From contig CDRNST010000018.1 of NCBI GenBank assembly GCA_977016875.1, positions 1,550,001 to 1,614,000 on the forward strand: a DNA stretch of 64,000 nt, read 5' to 3'. The notes under the pieces were generated by a model, which worked only from the letters and a program-made list of their open reading frames with translations, did no database searches and was not told the origin of the DNA. The position numbers and the translations under genes were made by a program. Positions 52,206 to 63,700 of this stretch are shown piece by piece; position 1 is the first letter of the stretch, and every line of letters starts with the position of its first letter. This stretch comes from Pavona decussata (Eukaryota).

Positions 52206-54531
52206 CTACATAAGAAAAGCCCGTTATGTATAATATACAAGCAGCAGAAAGAGGGGTATTCCTTCATTTTAGTGGATATCCGTTCAGAAGGCCTTGGACA
52301 CCTCAGAAATTTGGATGTAGTTGCAAAGAAAATATCAAGTTTTTTCAGGAAAATGTCAGCTCAAAACTTCGTAACGCTAGAAAATTAACCAAGGGTTGTG
52401 TATGTGTTTGTGTGTGTGGGGGGGGGGGGGGGGGGGGGGAGGGAGTTCCCCTTTTTTTCTCTCACTTTTTCTCGCTCCCCCTCCAGGGAGGTTGATATTG
52501 GAGGACGCGCTACGCAGCGACTATGCCCTATTGTTTTTTACCTTTCTCTACACGTATTATTAGAAAGCTAAAAACCACCCCGGCGTACTAAGGCTGTGGA
52601 TTATTGTCTCTGGCCTTATATGGACTGGAGCTAACGTTTTTACTGGCCTGCACCGCAGACGGACTATAACCCCCGGTTTTTATTAGTTCTCGCAAGTTCT
52701 CACTTTGTTCAGCCGGTTCCGTAACAGGGGCTTTTGGGGAAGTCGGCTCCGCTGCTGAGGGAAAGGTGCCCTGTTACCTTGAACCGGGATCTTTTTTTAC
52801 ATCAAGTGGACCAGATCTTCTTCAAGGAACATAGTGTTTATTGCAGATCTTGACTCATTCTGTTACAGGCAAAACTCCAAGAGCTTTTACTGCAGAAAAT
52901 GTTTTTATATAAGGGCCGTAACCAAAGTTTTTCGACAACTCAATTTCAGTTGCGTAAGCTTAGCAAATGGAGGAAGTTCTAAAGGTATTACTTTTCGCGC
53001 CATTACAAACTGAAGCTCATTTCTTATTCGAAAGAACAGCAGGGGTTCAACACCTATGTGATTTACTTGACAGTTACAAAGGCTGCGATATTTCCTAAAC
53101 TGAGTGAGATCCGCTTTTACTGAAAAATGTCCAGTAACATTTAAACTGTGCGCCAGACCAGATCATTAGTCAGTGTTCCTTTCAATCAGAATTCATTTGA
53201 TTTCCTTCTCTCGATTTTCTAGAATGTGCAGGTATTGTTGCTACCTTTTCACCAAAAAAGATCAAAACTCGTCACGTTTCCCCTTGATTATCCCTAATAA
53301 ATACCAGGTGACCCCAATTTTGGATTTTTTTCTTTGTCTGTTTCTCGCGCACTGGCGCACTTTCCGAGAATTCGATAGCTTGGGGCGCGTACTCCATTCT
53401 CGGAATCATAACACTCGTACACGGTTGTTTTTCAACGTTGGAGGTTCGTTGTCGAAACTGTCAGGTAAGGATAGGTTGTTTTGATGTTTCTTTTAGGCAT
53501 GGGAATGGTTGCTTTTCAGTCTAATCGATCGAACAATTGAGTAGTGCGATTGCTGTCCGCAATAAATGCACCAGTTTGGCGATACAGTATATCAAAGGAT
53601 TTAAAGCTCGGCCTTTCATATTCAAATCAATTGCAATATCAACAGCTTGACGCAGATAAGAAAACAGCGTCGCAATAATAGGGAATCTAAACCCGGCAAA
53701 CTTGAAATGGCTCTGAAATGACCGATGAACACATTCTGTAAAAGCCAGATCGGATTTCATATCCACGTGCGAACGAAGGAACGTAGATGCGGGGAGAAGT
53801 GATTTTTCGTGATTTGTACCAGTTTGGCTCTAGATATTGTGGAAAAGTTTCCTAGGAGAGCGACGATGTGGCCATTTATTTTAAAGGAAACTTGATTTTC
53901 TGACAGTGTAGGTGTTGATGATATGTTCTCACGCCCGGGGTTTTTCTTCTTCCACTTTCTGCAATAGAAATATTATCCAGTGTTACCGCAAAGTTCATGT
54001 TTTCCTGCTCATTCGGTCGGCTAAATGCAGCTGGACTGAACTAACGAGGAACTTTTTTAACGATTGCCGAAATGTTTGTAAGAGCTTTGGTTTAGTTATA
54101 AATCTACAGTATAAAGAAAATCCGTCGCATTACTTTGAAAGAAGAGGATTATATTAAACGATTTTAGCTAGGTTAGGTACCGAAGAGATGTTTTAGCGGC
54201 GAGCTAACGAATAGAAGGCTCGTTTGTTTAAAATGTTTTTTTATTGGAAAAAAAACAAACGAGAATTACAAGATGTGACTTGCTTCTGTTAATATTGTTT
54301 TCTCTGATTTTTATTTTGTGAGATGAAAGGACGTGCAAAATTTAATTCCGCTTTCACTTTCTTTGAAACAGAAACTTCAGCAACCCGGAAGAATTCATTA
54401 ATATTGATTGATTTCTAACAATGGTCGTATTTCTCCGCCTTGGAATAAGATACCTTCCACCGATCATGACATGAACCACCATCGAGTTTAATATACCCCA
54501 CTGTTTTTTAAACTTAGAATCGATCAACTCG

Positions 54532-55216
54532 TACTCAAGAAAATTAAGGCATGTTACTCAAAAAATCAAGGGGGTGGTCAATCTTCTGAAGATTTAGCTG
54601 TAACGTCGTAAGACTTTGGCAGCATAATATGCTTACAAATGTCAACATATTGACATACACAACTTATGCAAATTGGGTCACTTGACCTGTTGCGGCCGAA
54701 ACATTTATGAAAACATTTGAGAAAAAATGGCACCACTTTTTATTGCCTCCTGGAGGCTGCCAGTAGTTTTAAAACTTTGCCACTGTCAGGCACTTCATTT
54801 CTGTGCTCGGGTTTTTTGAATATTCCTTTAATTTTGAAAATAAACGGCATTTTTTACTAGTACCCAGTCCCTCCAAAGTAAAATTGGCCGTTTATTTTCA
54901 AAATTGAGGGAATATTTAAAAAGGCCCGGGCACAGGAATAAAGTGACTAACAGTGGTAACGTTTTAAAACTACAGCCAACCCCTGGGAGGCATTAAAAAG
55001 TGGTGCCATTTTTGCTCAAAAGTTTTCTTCAATTTTGCATCCGCGAAAGGTCACGTGACCTAATTTGCATAAGTTCTTTATGTCAATATGTTAACATTTG
55101 TAAGCATATTATGCTGCCAAAGTCTTACGACGTTACAGCTAAATCTTCAGAAGATAGACCACCCCCTTGCTTTTTGAGTAAATAACTTAAGACCCATGCC
55201 TTAATTTTCTTGAGTA
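54532..55216. mobile_element. 685-bp foldback element with TA ends (Tc1/mariner-type MITE) in the 5' intron of BTB gene C
   Basis: TACTCAAGAAAATTAAGGCATG ... CATGCCTTAATTTTCTTGAGTA; inverted similarity extends ~300 bp; absent from the homologous site in unit A (~35615). Confidence 0.88.
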
Positions 55217-55577
55217 GGGTAATGTACGCTGTCAGTTTTGACACATTTCAGTTGTAATTTTTCTCGGGATATGAACGAAATCCTCTTTTCCGTCCGTGAA
55301 CTACCACTTGCAGCAGCCCAAATATGTATATTGTCATCCAAGACGGATATAAGAAACCTAGTATTATGATTCAGCTTTTTGTTACATTACAAAGTGGTTA
55401 CTCTGATTTAAAGCTGAATTAGTCCAGATGGGTATTTGTTAGTGAACAAGAAAGCCAGTGGCACGAAAAGCTGTTAAACCAGAAACCGGGTATGGTAATG
55501 ACTTTCAACTTTCGATATGACGGAAGCAGACTGATTAACATGTCTGTTTTCAACTTTTTGATTTTGTCTTCAGTAAA

Positions 55578-58478
55578 ATGGCTTTGCAGCACACACCAAT
55601 TGACTTACCCGTGAGTGGAAGAAAGGATCTGGGTGAAGGAAAAGTGATTTACTCATTTAACAAAGACCAGCATGCCAGATTGTTGTTGAGTAACCTTGCC
55701 AAGATGCAGGCAACCGAAGGAGGAACGCTCACTGATGTGGTTGTAAGCACCAAATCGAACGACCAAGAACCGTTCCATTCCATACTGCTCGCAGCTCGCA
55801 GCTCGGTTTTCAAGCAGAGTCTTACAGGGAAGCACTTTGATTGCACCTCGGGAGTCATTTCAGTGGGCGACATGACTCCAGATCAGCTTAAGGCCTTCCG
55901 CGATTTCTTCTACAAGTCTGAGATTCCTTTAGACGAAGGAATAGTAGATGATCATGACCTCCGACGGTTCGCCAGCAGGTACCGCATCGACTCCCTCGCA
56001 CAGCTGTGTGGGCAACGCAGAGATCAACGGATGTCCGTTTTGTCGAAGCATCACGAAGATGTGTTGTCTCAACTACACGACATGTTCCAAAAATCCGAGT
56101 TGGCCACTACATTGTTGGAAGATAAGGAGGGCGGCGCTCAGTTTACAGTACACGGGCCAATAATCGCAGCAGCTTCTCCGGTGTTGAAAGACATCTTGTC
56201 CAATGACTTGTTCGCTCAAGCGGGGACCAAATATCGCCTGAAAGAGGTCACATCCAACGCGCTGGGGGATCTCATAGAGTACATATACACAGGTGAAGTC
56301 ACACTGGAAGCAGAAAACGTGGTTGATTTGTTAAATGCAGCATGCTGTTATGAAATCCCGTCGCTTGCCGGAGCCTGCTGTGATTGGCTAACCTGGAGGA
56401 TGACTTCGTATAATGCAGTCGGCATTTGGTTGGTCACGCGTAAGACGGATAGTGAATACACCAGCGATCTTCAAAAGGAAGCCAAGAACTTTATTGTGGC
56501 CAATTTCATCAGCGTCTGCCATGAAGATGAATTCCTCGAGCTCAAGTGTGAAGACCTGAAAGAAATTATACAGGACTACAATCTTTGCGTAGACGGTGGG
56601 GAAGATGTGTTCTCTGCCGTTGCTACTTGGGTTGAAGAGGACGAAGAAGGCCGCTCATCCTACTTTTGTGATCTCCTGAAATGCGTTCGGCTAGAGAATA
56701 CAAGTCTGGAATTTTTGCGTAAAGTGGAAGGAGATCGTCTTGTGAAAAATTGCGTGGGATGCTTGCAAGCTGTTCACGATGCTCGTGCAAAGTTAGCATC
56801 TCAAGAACCCATTGAACGGAGTGCTTTTGATGGAGTTGAGGCAACCGACGTCCAACGTGACAGCATCCCAAGAGTTGAACCATGGCGAGGCGATCACAAA
56901 GAAATCGAAAGAAAGATGCTGCAAGAGTTGCTAGATTTTCAAGCAGAAATGCCCACTTTGAGGCTAACACATGACAGTGACGATGGTGTGAAGGATTTGA
57001 CCAAGCAGACCCCACCTTGGGGCATCAGTAAGAACGAAAACCCTGATTTGAGGCTGAGAGAAAACAGGCGATCGTTGGGCCTCAATAAGAAGGATGGTTC
57101 CCCAGATATGCGCTTTAGAGTCAACAAACATACCCTGCAGAAAGGAGTCGTTGCTACGCGAAAAGAAGGTCCATTGAAAAGAGACGGCACCCCAGATATG
57201 CGTTTTAGAGTCAACAGAGATACCAGTCAGAAAGGAGTCGTTGCTGCGCGAAAAGAAGGTCCATTGAAAAGAGACGGCACCCCAGATATGCGCTTTAGAG
57301 TCAACAAAGATACCAGGCAGAAAGGAGTCGTTGCTACGCGAAAAGAAGGTCCATTTAAAGCAGACGGCACCCCAGATATGCGTTTTAAAGTGAACAAAGA
57401 AGCCTTTAGGCGGTCATCTTCCCAAAAGAGTGCATCCCAGGTAGAAAGTGTTCCTCTCAAAAGAGATGGCACGCCAGACATGCGCTTCAGAGTCAACAAA
57501 ACAACAGCTGCGAAGTCTCCTTCTCCTGTCAGTGCTCCAGGGCCTGTGAAACAAGATGGTACACCGGACATGCGTTTTGCTGTTAACAAACCATCCTGCA
57601 GATCAGCTTCTCCACAAAGAAGCAGCTCAGTGGCTCAGTCATCCGCTTATGCAGGCCCTGTGAAGAGGGATGGAACGCCAGACATGAGGTATGCTGTAAA
57701 CAAGTCACCTAATGCCAGCCCAATGTCCTCAGGGTATTCATCTAGTGGCTCTCTTTTATCTCTAAGTGGAAGTGTTTCCCGTTCAGGTTCTTATGGCCCA
57801 CTGAAGAGAGACGGTACACCAGACATGAGGTATTCTGCAAACAAGTCGGCCAATGGCAGTTCTTCCTCATCTGGCAGTTCAAATTACAGCTCCGGATCGT
57901 CGTTTTCTCGAAGTAGCTACAGCAGTTCAACCTACAGCTCCAATTCGCCTTCCAGTGGAAGTAGCTATGGGGTATCAACTTTCTGTGGCCCACTTAAGCG
58001 TGATGGCACTCCTGACATGAGGTATGCTGCAAACAGGTCGGTCTATGGTGGTCCTTCCTCGTATGGCAGTTCAAGCTACAGCGCTGGATCGTCTTTTTCT
58101 GGAATTAGCTATGGAGGGGCGAGTTCTTGTGGTCCACTTAAGAGCGATGGAACTCCCGACATGAGGTATGCTGCAAACAGGTCGTTCTATGGTGGTCCTT
58201 CCTCGTATGGCGATTCAAGCTACAGCGCTGGATCGTCTTTTTCTGGAATTAGCTATGGAGGGTCGAGTTCTTGTGGTCCACTTAAGCGTGATGGTACTCC
58301 TGACATGAGGTATGCTGCAAACAGGTCGGTCTATGGTGGTCCTCCCTCGTATGGCAGTTCAAGCTACAGCGCTGGATCGTCGTTTTCTGCAAGTAGCTAT
58401 GGTGGGTCGAGTTCTTGTGGTCCACTTAAGAAGGATGGCACTCCCGACATGAGATTTGCAGCCAACAGACGCAAGTAA
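55578..58478 (+). CDS. BTB-BTB-BACK protein with 13 DGTPDMR motifs and Ser/Gly/Tyr-rich tail (966 aa), paralog of 35981-38536
   Basis: Uninterrupted ORF collinear with gene A; extra 90-nt units (57138, 57228, 57318) and 144-nt units (57984, 58128, 58272, partial 58416). Confidence 0.92.
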   Translation: MALQHTPIDLPVSGRKDLGEGKVIYSFNKDQHARLLLSNLAKMQATEGGTLTDVVVSTKSNDQEPFHSILLAARSSVFKQSLTGKHFDCTSGVISVGDMTPDQLKAFRDFFYKSEIPLDEGIVDDHDLRRFASRYRIDSLAQLCGQRRDQRMSVLSKHHEDVLSQLHDMFQKSELATTLLEDKEGGAQFTVHGPIIAAASPVLKDILSNDLFAQAGTKYRLKEVTSNALGDLIEYIYTGEVTLEAENVVDLLNAACCYEIPSLAGACCDWLTWRMTSYNAVGIWLVTRKTDSEYTSDLQKEAKNFIVANFISVCHEDEFLELKCEDLKEIIQDYNLCVDGGEDVFSAVATWVEEDEEGRSSYFCDLLKCVRLENTSLEFLRKVEGDRLVKNCVGCLQAVHDARAKLASQEPIERSAFDGVEATDVQRDSIPRVEPWRGDHKEIERKMLQELLDFQAEMPTLRLTHDSDDGVKDLTKQTPPWGISKNENPDLRLRENRRSLGLNKKDGSPDMRFRVNKHTLQKGVVATRKEGPLKRDGTPDMRFRVNRDTSQKGVVAARKEGPLKRDGTPDMRFRVNKDTRQKGVVATRKEGPFKADGTPDMRFKVNKEAFRRSSSQKSASQVESVPLKRDGTPDMRFRVNKTTAAKSPSPVSAPGPVKQDGTPDMRFAVNKPSCRSASPQRSSSVAQSSAYAGPVKRDGTPDMRYAVNKSPNASPMSSGYSSSGSLLSLSGSVSRSGSYGPLKRDGTPDMRYSANKSANGSSSSSGSSNYSSGSSFSRSSYSSSTYSSNSPSSGSSYGVSTFCGPLKRDGTPDMRYAANRSVYGGPSSYGSSSYSAGSSFSGISYGGASSCGPLKSDGTPDMRYAANRSFYGGPSSYGDSSYSAGSSFSGISYGGSSSCGPLKRDGTPDMRYAANRSVYGGPPSYGSSSYSAGSSFSASSYGGSSSCGPLKKDGTPDMRFAANRRK

Positions 58479-59762
58479 ATAAGGAACCGCTGGTGCGTTT
58501 CCTGACATGTTGGTGAAGAGAAGACAAACGCGTTTCCATTGTTCCCATTTTCTGATATACTTAATTTCATGTTTTTCATGTTTTCTGGTTGGCATTGTAA
58601 CCTGAGAAACATTTGTTTCCCCAGAGGTACAATTGCGCTATTTCATAATGCACGTTTGTATTTTGTATACTGGGAACAGTAGGTACAATGAATATACTCC
58701 TATAAATTTCAAGAACAGGAGTCTTTTCATGACTGTTAGATTTTAGTTTATCAACTTCAACGGCCACTTTATATATGCTGTGGTCTTAAGGTTGTGTAAG
58801 CGATAGAAATGTTTGCTGTATACTGTATTTCAGAATAGGTATTAATCGTTGCTTGCTTTAGCTATCAATCGGCTGCGAACTATGTTTGAGTTTTATGGTA
58901 GCACAGTTTAAGATTATTCGAATGTTGTTAAGTCAGGTCGACCCCCAGAATGATGCATTGTTACCCTTGTAGCAATTTCATTATCCACTGAAGTCTTTGT
59001 GGACTCAGTCAATTTTTAAAGAATATAGTTCTTGTTTCAGTAGCTGGTCAATGTTAGACTGGTCTAACAACAAATCGCAAACTGACATCGCATGATCACA
59101 CTTTATTTAGTAAAGTACCTTCACTGTTATTGAACAAGGAAGTGCAATAAAAAATTGCGCGCTATTGTGAGTGATAATAACCTCGCGTTAGAGTTACGGA
59201 ATGTGTTTACTGGTATTCCGCAATACGTGGATTTGTTTTCTTTAGTATGAAAAGGACTTAACCAGGAACAATTGTCCGTTTGCGAAATTTTATTAGCTGA
59301 CACCTTTTATTTCATTCCTTTCAAGTAGTAGAAGCAGGCACTGGTAACTTTACCATCATTCTGGTGATTTTGCGGGCAACTTAAAATAGTTACAAAATTG
59401 AAAAATGTTGTTTTCCCTAGCTACAAATTGCATTACGTTATCGTTCAAGCGCATGTCCCGGTCCACTTCGTGTTAAGTAATGACCTAGTGGCATGTGAAA
59501 AGAAAAGGTTAAAGGGTTGTATAAGATTTGGTAGCAAGTAATAGAACTATCGTTGTTGTTTCAAGCTTGTCTGTTCATTGTGTAGCCGCAGTAACAAGTT
59601 GAGTCATTGACAAGGTATCCCGATATCACACGATGCCATGGTCGGAGGCTTATCTCCTTTGCATTCTTTCTCATCCACTGATTTTCTTAGGTCGGATTCC
59701 ATTGTCTTTACGCAGACCACTTCAATTTTTCGCACACCTTTCCCACACGTAGACGAACACTG

Positions 59763-60774
59763 TGTCGGGAAAGAAATAGTAACTTGATTGTTCTGTGATT
59801 AAATATTAATTAGAAATTGACATTTGTAGCGCAAACAAGTTAGATTTCGTGACATAAGATTTCACAATAATGTAGGCAAAGTCCGAGTATATTTACGATA
59901 TAAAATGATGTAACTGCATGCATTTTCTTAAGGCTGGTTTCCATATGATCGCAGATCGCAATAAGGTCTGCGATCGTCTGCGATCCTGCGATCGTGATCG
60001 CAGACGATCGCAGAAGATAGAACCATGTTCTATCTAAAGGCTGGTTTCCATATGATCGCAGATCGCAATAAGGTCTGCGATCGTCTGCGATCCTGCGATC
60101 GTGATCGCAGACGATCGCAGAAGATAGAACCATGTTCTATCTAAAGGCTGGTTTCCATATGATCGCGGATCGCAGATCGCAAACAATCGCAATTGATCGC
60201 AGGAGATAGAACATGGTTCTATCTTCTGCGATCGTCTGCGATCACGATCGCAGGATCGCAGACGATCGCAGAAGTAGTTTCCATATGATCGCAGACGATC
60301 GCAGACCTTATTGCGATCTGCGATCCGCGATCATATGGAAACCAGCCTTTAGATAGAACATGGTTCTATCTTCTGCGATCGTCTGCGATCACGATCGCAG
60401 GATCGCAGGATCGCAGACGATCGCAGACCTTATTGCGATCTGCGATCATATGGAAACCAGCCTTTAGGCTAAATAAGGTGAGAGAACGTGCGATTTTGTA
60501 ATAAACACTTAATTTAGATACATTACAATGGGAACTTTTACTGTACATGTGATTAATGTAAAAATACTGCCTTGCGCAAGGATAGTAGAAGAACCACTGT
60601 ATACTTAGAATGTTTTAGTTGATCGTTGATCGTTGTGTTACGAACGTTGAATATGTGAGAATTGTACATCGCAGTAGATTGTCGGATTGGATTAAATCAT
60701 GTTGTTACATCGAAAGATACAGTCCTCTTGATTTGTTTGAACCAGCGGAGCGGGGTTAAAAGAATTCCGCAACA
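59763..60774. mobile_element. Solo LTR (BEL/Pao- or Copia-like, 5-bp TSD)
   Basis: TGTCGGGAA ... TTCCGCAACA termini with CACTG duplicated at 59758-59762 and 60775-60779; empty sites at ~39300 and ~51015. Confidence 0.75.
59931..60463. mobile_element. Composite PIF/Harbinger-like MITE made of GATCGC-rich modules, nested in the solo LTR
   Basis: AGGCTGGTTTCCATATGATCGC termini, TTA on both sides (59928-59930, 60464-60466); internal 107-bp direct repeats at 59931 and 60038, with a third terminus at 60145. Confidence 0.8.
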
Positions 60775-63700
60775 CACTGCAAGTTAAAAAAGAAGAAGGG
60801 AAGATTTCAGTATAGCGTTTAGCTTTTGCGGTAGCAGTAGTTCGCTTTGCAAGCGAGTGTCAGATGCAAACAGAAAACTTACGGGAAGAGGGAGCAAAAA
60901 ATACATTTTCCCCTCCCCCATTTGTTCTTTGTCTNNNNNNNNNNNNNNNNNNNNNNNNNNNNNNNNNNNNNNNNNNNNNNNNNNNNNNNNNNNNNNNNNN
61001 NNNNNNNNNNNNNNNNNNNNNNNNNNNNNNNNNNNNNNNNNNNNNNNNNNNNNNNNNNNNNNNNNNNNNNNNNNNNNNNNNNNNNNNNNNNNNNNNNNNN
61101 NNNNNAAGCTTTCGTTCGACTGCCAGACAGACATTTTAGGGTTTGGTTAGAGCGGAATGGGTATCGGCTTACAGCGACAACCTCGAACTGGGAAAGAAAC
61201 CTCATAAAAACATAGCCATCCACGACACATACGGTTGCCTTCTGTGGTTCAAAAACGTCTGTGCTTAACTTTAGCATCCCATTTACCCGGTAGTCGCAAC
61301 TATCCGCAACTCCTATCCGACTTAATCTTCAGTATGATCTTTAATTTGAAGCGACAGGAAGTTTAAGCTGTATGTGTATTTAGCAAGTAAAACACTTATG
61401 CATGTCACATAAAACTTCATTACTACTTTTAACGTTTAAACTGGTATTTATATTAAAAGACGGGTTTTCTCAAGCATATAACAGCAAAAACGAACGATAA
61501 AAGCCGACGTCTCGGAGTGATCATGACTCCATTGTCAAGGGAACTATGAGGAGTGACCAAGACCATAGCCAGAAAAAAATAAGGACTGAGGCAATATCCA
61601 TGGTTGAATTCCCCGCCTAGCAATTAAGGGTCTTTATGATGATTACGTTTAAACTAAACACTGGGATCAAACCTTATTTGACAAAAATTCCGCTAAAAGC
61701 CCTTAAGGCCACCTAGATCTAGAGATCGAAGTGACTTTTTTTTTGGGGGGGGGGGGGGGGAGGGGGCTATTTAAATGCTACATAGGGGCTCTGTGTGCCT
61801 GACCAGAGGTTTCGTAAAAAGAAGGGTTTATTGGGGGGGGGGGGGGGGGGAAGGTGCTCAGTCTCGCAGGCTCTTAAAACCTGGTCTCGGCCGTTCTCAT
61901 TTGAGGATTTTCGTTTCTAAATGGCAACGAAGTTAGCTGTTAAATGGTAGCGCCATTCGCCTATGCCCACTAGCATCCCACCGCTGTAGAGGCCTTAGCG
62001 AGTCCACAGGGATTTCGCTGTGGACATCGGCTTATGCAAGGCCATTCAGCCTGTAAGAGCCCATCGATGAACGGCACCAGGTCTTCAACCTGTGGAGAGT
62101 GTTTGACCTGCGCTCGCACGAACAGCTTCCTGTACTTAGTGGCGCTGCCGCCTGTCCGGTTTTTGCCTCTACAACGTCTCTCCGATCATCTCCGGTGGCT
62201 TCTTCACTGACACCACTATCTCTACTAGATGGAATGAAAGACCAGGTTGCTTCGCTGAATACTAGTAATGCCAAAACAAGGTTGAATTTTGGTCCGATTA
62301 TTGAGAAGAACTAAAAGCATGTTATGAGAGCAACTACTTTACACTTTCTTTGAAAAAAGCTGTTGATAGAACGCCGCATTTTGATAGATTTTTCTAACTC
62401 AGATCAGAGAAGACAGAAGACTCGAGAAATGGCGGAAAAACACATGAAAACAAGGCAGTTTTCTTTGGAAAGCCGCTGCCTGGTTAGCATGAATTTTTGC
62501 TTAATTTTCCTCATCTGTCATTCAGGGCACTGCCTCATTCGCGTTATCATTCAACATAATATCATGTTGCGTTAACAATTTTTTTTTACTTATTTAACTG
62601 TTTGTGAATTTGTCAACAATGACTGAGGCAAGTGCCTCGGTTTGCCTCGTACTGGCTACGGCCCTGGAGTCAATAGGACGTCAAATTGTGAAAAGCACAG
62701 TGAAGAAAATAACTGGTATCAGCGAGACCTAGGGACAAGTTAGGTTGAATTTTTATGCAGTCGGAAGAGTTAAAAAAGAAAGGTTAAAGAAGAGAGAGAA
62801 ATTTTACAAACTACCATTTAATAAAGTGTCAGTTTGGAAAGCCAGGAAATACATTTGCTGATTAAAGGAAGCCGGTTGTTGGTTCTCGTCCCTGCTCCGT
62901 TCGTCTTTTTCCGGGTACTCCGGTTTTCCTCCCTCCACAAAAACCAACATTTCCAAATTCCAATTCGACCTGGAAACAGTGGACGAATAGCCACTCTGTG
63001 GATGTGCCACTGAAATTCCCATTTATTTATTTATTTATTTATTTATTTGAAAACAACGAATTTATTTGCGTAATACATAGTATAGTCTGAAATGTCAGCC
63101 GTCTCTTCCCCCTAACCCACAGGGGCGCCCCCTGTGGGTTAGGGGGGGGGGGGGGGAGAGACGGCTGACATTTCAGACTATACATAGTACTGATACTGGA
63201 GATTCTAGTCAGTTGACTCTGGCTACAACAAGCGGAGTACTGACTGAAGGACAATCCGTTTATATAGGTGGATTACGTTACCGCCATGGTGGTGGTCAAA
63301 ACAAAAGAAAATTTGCTCACATAGTTTGCATAAAAATGGCAGTGAACTCCCAGAGGAGAAAATTTATTGTTCCTGTACACCAACATTGCCGCCATGACGT
63401 TAAATGCAAACCATCGATTAAGAAAAGTGAATTTATTTTTTGCCCTTTCTTTAACCGTTGCATTTTCGTTCAGCTTGCAATTGTAAACTGACAGGTACTA
63501 AACACAATGAGCTGTAGTTTTCTTCTTCTTCGAAAAGGAAGGTGAGACCAATGCATAAATTAAAGAAATGAAATTAAAGATGGACGTTAATTCTTGGACC
63601 GGCATCTTGCTTAATTGTGTCACCGTGAGTCATATGCAATAGTTTTTTTGCGAATTAGCATTGGCTGTATTATTTTGATCTGCAGCGGCTACGGGGCTTC

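Noticed and set aside
36052-58612. Antisense and alternative-frame ORFs overlapping the BTB genes and the GPCR
   Set aside because: Shadows of the real CDS and its repeats; no independent coding signal.
59931-60463. CRISPR-like regularly repeated sequence
   Set aside because: No unique spacers, no cas genes, eukaryotic context; explained as a composite MITE.
39312-61277. ORFs containing X runs
   Set aside because: They stay open only because they cross N gaps.
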